Shown here: positions 16,415 through 22,001 of the stretch, in pieces
Position numbering within the stretch: position 1 is the stretch's first letter
How the letters are laid out: each line of letters opens with the position of its first letter
Origin: a virus
Lineage: Duplodnaviria > Heunggongvirae > Uroviricota > Caudoviricetes
DNA: 22,001 bases
Virus record (IMG/VR): IMGVR_UViG_3300045988_109008
Direction: 5' to 3' (one strand)
The notes under the pieces: model-generated
What the model was told of the DNA's origin: nothing
What the model saw: only the letters and a program-made list of their open reading frames with translations
Databases searched by the model: none
Translations under genes and position numbers: made by a program

Positions 16415-16924
16415 ATGATGACGCTGATTATTCCGCGAAAGGAGGCTCCCGTGTCCGGTGAGGGTACGGTGGTCATCCCGCAACCGGCAGGCGACGAGCC
16501 GGTGATTAAAAACACGTTCTTTTTTCCCGATATCGACCCGAAGCGCGTCCGGGAACGTATGCGCCTTGAGCAGACCGTCGCCCCCGCCCGTCTGCGTGAG
16601 GCTATCAAGTCAGGCATGGCGGAGACGAATGCGGAGCTGTACGAGTACCGCGAACAGAAAATTGCCGCCGGTTTTACGCGTCTGGCGGACGTCCCGGCGG
16701 ACGACATCGACGGTGAAAGCATCAAAGTTTTTTACTACGAGCGCGCCGTGTGTGCGATGGCGACCGCGTCGCTTTATGAGCGTTACCGCGGCGTGGATGC
16801 CAGTGCGAAAGGTGACAAGAAGGCTGACAGCATTGACAGCACCATTGATGAACTGTGGCGGGATATGCGCTGGGCGGTGGCGCGTATCCAGGACAAGCCG
16901 CGCTGCATCGTGAGTCAAATCTGA
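16415..16924 (+). CDS. L: Head completion protein (169 aa)
   Basis: Start at MMTLIIPRKEAP with GAGGT upstream; the tool ORF is extended at the N-terminus. Confidence 0.88.
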   Translation: MMTLIIPRKEAPVSGEGTVVIPQPAGDEPVIKNTFFFPDIDPKRVRERMRLEQTVAPARLREAIKSGMAETNAELYEYREQKIAAGFTRLADVPADDIDGESIKVFYYERAVCAMATASLYERYRGVDASAKGDKKADSIDSTIDELWRDMRWAVARIQDKPRCIVSQI

Positions 16925-17127
16925 TGAAGACCTTTGCGCTACAGGGCGACACGCTCGACGCCATTTGTGTCCGGTATTACGGGCGCACTGAGGGCGTGGT
17001 TGAGACCGTGCTCGCCGCAAATCCGGGACTGGCTGAACTGGGTGTGGTGCTGCCACACGGCACCGCCGTCGAACTGCCCGACGTTCAGACCGCGCCCGTG
17101 GCTGAAACTGTCAATCTGTGGGAGTAA
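16924..17127 (+). CDS. X: Tail protein X (67 aa)
   Basis: Start MKTFALQGDTLDAICVRYYG, overlapping the L stop. Confidence 0.85.
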   Translation: MKTFALQGDTLDAICVRYYGRTEGVVETVLAANPGLAELGVVLPHGTAVELPDVQTAPVAETVNLWE

Positions 17128-17130
17128 CGC

Positions 17131-17412
17131 ATGACAGCAGAAGAAAAAAGCGTCCTGTCGCTTTTCATGATTGGGGTGCTGATTGTTGTCGGCAAGGTGC
17201 TTGCCGGTGGTGAACCCATCACCCCGCGTCTGTTTATCGGGCGAATGTTGCTCGGTGGTTTTGTCTCGATGGTTGCCGGTGTTGTTCTGGTGCAGTTTCC
17301 TGACCTGTCACTGCCTGCGGTGTGCGGCATTGGCTCCATGCTGGGTATCGCCGGTTATCAGGTGATTGAGATTGCCATTCAGCGCCGCTTTAAGGGCAGG
17401 GGGAAACCGTAA
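17131..17412 (+). CDS. Y: Holin (93 aa)
   Basis: Small protein with hydrophobic segments and a charged C-terminus, immediately upstream of the endolysin. Confidence 0.88.
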   Translation: MTAEEKSVLSLFMIGVLIVVGKVLAGGEPITPRLFIGRMLLGGFVSMVAGVVLVQFPDLSLPAVCGIGSMLGIAGYQVIEIAIQRRFKGRGKP

Positions 17413-17909
17413 TGCCGGTAATTAACACACATCAGAATATCGCCGCCTTTCTCGACATGCTGGCCGTGTCCGAAGGGACGGCGAATCATCCGCTGACGAA
17501 AAACCGGGGCTATGACGTGATAGTCACCGGACTGGACGGGAAGCCGGAAATTTTCACCGACTACAGTGACCACCCGTTCGCGCATGGCCGACCGGCGAAG
17601 GTGTTTAACCGTCGCGGTGAAAAGTCCACGGCATCCGGTCGCTATCAGCAGCTTTACCTGTTCTGGCCGCACTACCGCAAACAGCTTGCCCTGCCGGATT
17701 TCAGTCCGTTGTCACAGGACAGGCTCGCCATTCAGTTGATCCGCGAACGCGGTGCACTGGATGACATCCGGGCGGGACGCATTGAGCGCGCTATTTCACG
17801 CTGTCGCAATATCTGGGCGTCCCTGCCGGGAGCCGGTTACGGTCAGCGTGAGCATTCACTGGAAAAACTGGTCACCGTCTGGCGTACCGCTGGCGGCGTA
17901 CCGGCTTAA
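17412..17909 (+). CDS. K: Endolysin (165 aa)
   Basis: Position after the holin with a 1-nt start/stop overlap; size matches P2 gpK. Confidence 0.9.
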   Translation: MPVINTHQNIAAFLDMLAVSEGTANHPLTKNRGYDVIVTGLDGKPEIFTDYSDHPFAHGRPAKVFNRRGEKSTASGRYQQLYLFWPHYRKQLALPDFSPLSQDRLAIQLIRERGALDDIRAGRIERAISRCRNIWASLPGAGYGQREHSLEKLVTVWRTAGGVPA

Positions 17910-17923
17910 ACGGAGTAAACACC

Positions 17924-18349
17924 ATGAAGAAATTATCCCTTTCACTGATGCTGAACGTGTCGCTGGCGCTGATGCTGGCACTGTCCCTGATTTACCCGCA
18001 GAGCGTGGCCGTCAGTTTTGTCGCCGCCTGGGCGATTCTGGCGACGGTTATCTGTGTGGTTGCCGGTGGTGTCGGCGTGTATGCCACTGAGTATGTACTG
18101 GAACGCTACGGGCGGGAGCTGCCGCCGGAATCGCTGGCCGTGAAGATTGTCACGGCGCTGTTTTTGCAGCCGGTGCCGTGGTGCAGACGGGCGGCGGCTC
18201 TGGTGGTGATGGTGGCGACGTTTATCTCGCTGGTTGCCGCCGGGTGGATTTTTACTGCGCTGATTTACCTCGTGGTGTCGGTGTTCTTCCGGCTGATACG
18301 TACGGCCTGCCGTCAGTGTTTTGAGGGGCGGGAACCATGTCAAGGCTGA
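17924..18349 (+). CDS. lysA: Lysis-timing membrane protein LysA (141 aa)
   Basis: Multiple hydrophobic helices; position as in P2. Confidence 0.85.
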   Translation: MKKLSLSLMLNVSLALMLALSLIYPQSVAVSFVAAWAILATVICVVAGGVGVYATEYVLERYGRELPPESLAVKIVTALFLQPVPWCRRAAALVVMVATFISLVAAGWIFTALIYLVVSVFFRLIRTACRQCFEGREPCQG

Positions 18350-18762
18350 TGATTGTGCTGGTTGTGTTGTTATCACTGGCGGTGGCTGGTCTGTTTCTGG
18401 TGAAACACAAAAATGCCAGCCTGCGCGCCTCGCTGGACAGGGCGAACAACGTCGCCAGCGGGCAGCAGACGACCATCACCATGCTGAAAAATCAGCTTCA
18501 TGTTGCCCTCACCAGAGCAGACAAAAACGAGCTGGCGCAGGTGGTACTGCGTCAGGAACTGGAGAACGCCGCGAAGCGTGAAGCACAGCGCGAGAAAACC
18601 ATCACGAGGTTACTTAATGAAAACGAAGATTTTCGCCGCTGGTACGGCGCTGACCTGCCTGATGCTGTGCGCCGGTTGCACCAGCGCCCCGCCTGCACCG
18701 ACGCCAGTGATTGTCCACAACGCCTGCCCGAAAGTGAGTCTTTGCCCGATGCCGGGCAGTGA
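18337..18762 (+). CDS. lysB: Rz-like inner-membrane spanin LysB (141 aa)
   Basis: N-terminal transmembrane helix and coiled-coil-like body; position as in P2. Confidence 0.85.
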   Translation: MSRLMIVLVVLLSLAVAGLFLVKHKNASLRASLDRANNVASGQQTTITMLKNQLHVALTRADKNELAQVVLRQELENAAKREAQREKTITRLLNENEDFRRWYGADLPDAVRRLHQRPACTDASDCPQRLPESESLPDAGQ

Positions 18763-18907
18763 CCCGGAGACGAACGGTGATTTAAGTGCCGATATCCGGC
18801 AGCTTGAGAACGCGCTGGCGCGCTGTGCCAGCCAGGTAAAAATGATTAAACACTGTCAGGACGAAAACGATGCTCAAACCCGACAGCCTGCGCAGGGCGC
18901 TGACTGA
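18617..18907 (+). CDS. lysC: Rz1-like outer-membrane lipoprotein spanin LysC (96 aa), starting inside lysB in the +1 frame
   Basis: MKTKIFAAGTALTCLMLCAGC has a lipobox (LCAGC) and a Pro-rich mature region. It overlaps the 3' end of lysB and the 5' end of R. Confidence 0.8.
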   Translation: MKTKIFAAGTALTCLMLCAGCTSAPPAPTPVIVHNACPKVSLCPMPGSDPETNGDLSADIRQLENALARCASQVKMIKHCQDENDAQTRQPAQGAD

Positions 18908-19337
18908 TGCCGTCACGGTGCTGAAAACTAACCCCGATATGCTGCGGATATTCGTGGATCACGGGAGTATTGCCTCCACGCTGGCGGCGTCGTTGTCATT
19001 CGAAAAGCGTTACACGCTCAATGTCATTGTGACCGACTTTACCGGTGATTTTGACCTGCTCATCGTGCCGGTGCTGGCGTGGCTGCGGGTAAATCAGCCC
19101 GACATCATGACCACCGACGCAGGTCAGAAAAAGGGCTTCACGTTTTATGCAGACATCAACAATGACAGCAGCTTTGATATCAGCATCAGCCTGATGCTGA
19201 CCGAGCGAACGCTGGTCAGTGAGGTGGACGGCGCACTGCATGTGAAGAATATCCCGGAACCTCCGCCGCCGGAGCCGGTCACCCGCCCGGTGGAGCTTTA
19301 TATCAATGGCGAACTGGTGAGCAAGTGGGATGAATGA
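18870..19337 (+). CDS. R: Tail completion protein R (155 aa)
   Basis: Size and position match P2 gpR. Confidence 0.88.
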   Translation: MLKPDSLRRALTDAVTVLKTNPDMLRIFVDHGSIASTLAASLSFEKRYTLNVIVTDFTGDFDLLIVPVLAWLRVNQPDIMTTDAGQKKGFTFYADINNDSSFDISISLMLTERTLVSEVDGALHVKNIPEPPPPEPVTRPVELYINGELVSKWDE

Positions 19338-19782
19338 GTTTAAGCGTTTTGAAGACCGGCTGACCGGACTTATTGAATCGCTGTCACCGTCAGGGCGTCG
19401 GCGACTGAGCGCCGAACTGGCGAAACGTCTGCGGCAGAGTCAGCAGCGCCGGGTGATGGCACAGAAAGCCCCGGACGGCACACCCTACGCACCACGCCAG
19501 CAGCAGAGCGCCAGAAAAAAGACCGGTCGCGTTAAGCGAAAAATGTTTGCGAAACTTATCACCAGTCGTTTTTTGCATATCCGCGCCAGCCCTGAACAGG
19601 CATCAATGGAGTTTTACGGCGGGAAGTCACCGAAAATCGCCAGTGTGCATCAGTTTGGTCTGTCGGAAGAAAACCGGAAAGACGGTAAGAAAATTGATTA
19701 TCCGGCGCGTCCTCTGCTCGGCTTTACCGGTGAGGATGTGCAGATGATTGAAGAGATTATCCTGGCTCACCTCGACCGTTAG
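19330..19782 (+). CDS. S: Tail completion protein S (150 aa)
   Basis: Size and position match P2 gpS. Confidence 0.88.
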   Translation: MNEFKRFEDRLTGLIESLSPSGRRRLSAELAKRLRQSQQRRVMAQKAPDGTPYAPRQQQSARKKTGRVKRKMFAKLITSRFLHIRASPEQASMEFYGGKSPKIASVHQFGLSEENRKDGKKIDYPARPLLGFTGEDVQMIEEIILAHLDR

Positions 19783-19813
19783 TTGTGCCATTCCCGACAC
19801 CTCATCGTTACAT

Positions 19814-19835
19814 TGCCGCCGGTATGACCCGGCGG
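19814..19835 (+). promoter_or_regulatory. Perfect 8-bp GC inverted repeat (gccgccgg-tatgac-ccggcggc) in the S-V intergenic region, upstream of V
   Basis: Read directly. It lies in the expected PV late promoter or leader region. A TGT (19784-19786) with ACA 10 nt downstream is nearby, which resembles but does not exactly match the TGT-N12-ACA Ogr site. Confidence 0.4.
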
Positions 19836-19848
19836 CATCCTTCCCGTT

Positions 19849-20484
19849 ATGAACACTCTCGCAAATATCCAGGAACTCGCGCGCGCACTGCGCAACATGA
19901 TTCGCACCGGCCTTGTCGTCGAAACCAACCTTAAAGCCGGTCGCTGCCGTGTGCAGACCGGTGGCATGTGCACCGACTGGCTTCAGTGGCTGACCTGTCG
20001 TGCCGGTCGTTCGCGCACATGGTGGGCACCTTCCGTGGGGGAGCAGGTGCTGATTCTGGCCGTGGGCGGTGAACTTGACACGGCGTTTGTTCTGCCGGGG
20101 ATTTATTCCGGCGATAACCCCGCGCCGTCTGCGTCGGCGGATGCCCTGCATATCCGTTTCCCTGACGGGGCGGTGATTGAGTATGAACCCGAAACCAGTG
20201 CACTCACGGTAAGCGGAATTAAAACGGCCAGCGTTACGGCTTCTGATTCTGTTACTGCCACGGTGCCGGTGGTCATGGTGAAAGCATCAACCCGCGTCAC
20301 CCTGGACACACCGGAGGTGGTCTGCACCAACAGGCTGATTACCGGCACGCTGGAAGTGCAGAAGGGCGGGACGATGCGCGGCAACATTGAACACACCGGC
20401 GGTGAACTCTCATCAAACGGTAAGGTACTGCATACCCATAAACACCCCGGCGACAGTGGCGGCACAACAGGGGGACCTCTATGA
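19849..20484 (+). CDS. V: Baseplate spike protein (211 aa)
   Basis: Size and position match P2 gpV. Confidence 0.88.
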   Translation: MNTLANIQELARALRNMIRTGLVVETNLKAGRCRVQTGGMCTDWLQWLTCRAGRSRTWWAPSVGEQVLILAVGGELDTAFVLPGIYSGDNPAPSASADALHIRFPDGAVIEYEPETSALTVSGIKTASVTASDSVTATVPVVMVKASTRVTLDTPEVVCTNRLITGTLEVQKGGTMRGNIEHTGGELSSNGKVLHTHKHPGDSGGTTGGPL

Positions 20485-20828
20485 CAGCGCGTTATCTCGG
20501 AATGAATCGCAGTGATGGCCTGACTGTCACTGACCTTGAGCATATCAGCCAGAGTATCGGCGATATCCTGCGCACACCGGTCGGCTCACGGGTGATGCGT
20601 CGTGATTACGGCTCGTTGCTGGCGTCAATGATTGACCAGCCGCAGACCCCGGCGCTTGAGTTGCAGATTAAAGTCGCCTGTTACATGGCAGTGCTGAAAT
20701 GGGAACCCCGCGTCACCCTGTCATCCGTCACCACGGCGCGCAGTTTTGACGGGCGAATGACGGTCACGTTAACCGGCCAGCACAACGACACCGGCCAGCC
20801 ACTTTCGTTAACCATCCCTGTGAGTTGA
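20481..20828 (+). CDS. W: Baseplate wedge protein (115 aa), gp25-like
   Basis: Size and position match P2 gpW. Confidence 0.88.
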   Translation: MTARYLGMNRSDGLTVTDLEHISQSIGDILRTPVGSRVMRRDYGSLLASMIDQPQTPALELQIKVACYMAVLKWEPRVTLSSVTTARSFDGRMTVTLTGQHNDTGQPLSLTIPVS

Positions 20829-20832
20829 AACC

Positions 20833-21741
20833 ATGCCGATTATCGACCTGAACCAGCTACCCGCACCGGATGTGGTCGAGGAGCTGGACTTTGAAACCAT
20901 TCTTGCCGAACGCAAGGCGACACTGATTTCCCTTTACCCGGAAGACCAGCAGGAGGCGGTCGCCCGTACCCTGACACTGGAATCTGAGCCTCTCGTCAAA
21001 CTGCTGGAGGAAAATGCTTATCGTGAGCTTATCTGGCGTCAGCGTGTGAATGAGGCTGCACGGGCGGTGATGCTGGCCTGTGCAGCCGATAATGACCTTG
21101 ATGTGATTGGTGCCAATTACAACACCACACGCCTGATTATCACCCCGGCAGATGATTCAACCATCCCGCCGACACCGGCAGTAATGGAATCTGACACCGA
21201 TTATCGGCTGCGTATTCAGCAGGCGTTTGAGGGCTTAAGCGTCGCCGGGTCGGTGGGAGCCTATCAGTATCATGGTCGCAGTGCCGACGGGCGTGTCGCC
21301 GATATTTCTGTCACCAGTCCGTCTCCGGCCTGCGTCACCATCTCTGTGCTGTCACGTGAAAATAACGGTGTCGCATCCGAAGACCTGCTGGCCGTGGTGC
21401 GTAACGCCCTTAATGGCGAGGACGTCAGACCGGTGGCCGACCGCGTGACCGTGCAGTCTGCCGCCATTGTTGAATACCAGATAAACGCCACGCTTTACCT
21501 TTACCCTGGTCCCGAAAGCGAACCCATCCGCGCGGCCGCCGTGAAAAAACTGGAAGCATACATCACGGCACAGCACCGGCTGGGGCGCGACATCCGTCTG
21601 TCTGCCATTTATGCCGCCTTGCATGTTGAAGGTGTGCAGCGTGTCGAACTGGCTGCACCGCTGGCCGACATCGTGCTCAACAATACGCAGGCGTCTTTCT
21701 GTACCGAATACCGCGTCGTGACCGGAGGCTCGGATGAGTGA
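20833..21741 (+). CDS. J: Baseplate protein J (302 aa)
   Basis: Size and position match P2 gpJ. Confidence 0.88.
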   Translation: MPIIDLNQLPAPDVVEELDFETILAERKATLISLYPEDQQEAVARTLTLESEPLVKLLEENAYRELIWRQRVNEAARAVMLACAADNDLDVIGANYNTTRLIITPADDSTIPPTPAVMESDTDYRLRIQQAFEGLSVAGSVGAYQYHGRSADGRVADISVTSPSPACVTISVLSRENNGVASEDLLAVVRNALNGEDVRPVADRVTVQSAAIVEYQINATLYLYPGPESEPIRAAAVKKLEAYITAQHRLGRDIRLSAIYAALHVEGVQRVELAAPLADIVLNNTQASFCTEYRVVTGGSDE

Positions 21742-21961
21742 TTCGCTCCTGCTGCCAACCGGCTCATCGCCGCTTGAAGTCGCCGCCGCAAAAGCCTGTG
21801 CGGAAATTGAAAAAACGCCGGTCAGTATTCGTGAGCTGTGGAACCCGGACACCTGTCCGGCAAATCTGCTGCCGTGGCTGGCGTGGGCGTTTTCGGTCGA
21901 CAGATGGGATGAAAAGTGGCCGGAAGCGACCAAACGCGCCGTTATCTGCGTATTACCGTGA
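21734..21961 (+). pseudogene. I: Baseplate protein I, truncated after 75 codons (P2 gpI is about 176 aa)
   Basis: N-terminus MSDSLLLPTGSSPLEVAAAKACAEIEK matches gpI through ...KRAVI. The ORF then reads CVLP-stop at 21959-21961, and the other two forward frames also stop by 21978. Confidence 0.6.
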
Positions 21962-22001
21962 AGGAGATCGGTGAGTAACATCGATGGAGATCGGTTCGTG
22001 T

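Larger units (their letters stand above)
897..22001. mobile_element. P2-like prophage, left end and most of the genome; continues beyond the window
   Basis: Collinear P2 order: att, int, C, cox, B, A, hotspot, cos, Q, P, O, N, M, L, X, Y, K, lysA, lysB, lysC, R, S, V, W, J, I. Confidence 0.9.

Noticed and set aside
13941-18482. Many ORFs of 60-200 aa overlapping O, N, M, L, K, lysA and lysB, for example 14065-14361, 15719-16318, 16610-17056 and 17942-18376
   Set aside because: They sit in alternative frames or antisense to the collinear P2 late genes; their Arg/Ser/Ala/Pro-rich composition is typical of off-frame GC-rich translation.

Overview
This window is the left junction and about 21 kb of a P2-like (Peduovirus-type) prophage in an enterobacterial chromosome. 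Positions 1-896 are AT-rich host-side flank with one small lipoprotein gene. A 27-bp P2-type att core lies at 897-923, followed by the early region in canonical P2 order: int and C on the minus strand, the C/cox switch, then cox, orf78-like, B, orf80-83-like and A on the plus strand. Between A and the cos site, where P2 carries orf91/tin/old, there is instead a visibly AT-rich cargo segment (6843-10389). It holds a 47-codon IS630-like transposase remnant and one 976-aa minus-strand ORF. That ORF encodes an N-terminal HsdR-N/Mrr-like PD-(D/E)xK nuclease fold, a central P-loop NTPase and a C-terminal cold-shock (OB-fold) domain, and is the most likely candidate in the window for an undescribed single-protein anti-phage defence gene. 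Downstream are cos (10390-10408) with an octamer tandem repeat, then the late genes Q and P (minus), O, N, M, L, X, Y, K, lysA, lysB, lysC, R, S, V, W, J (plus). Gene I is cut off after 75 codons about 55 bp before the window end, with stops in all three forward frames, so something interrupts it there. Gene identities rest on my recollection of P2 protein sequences and gene order; no database search or numeric composition calculation was run.
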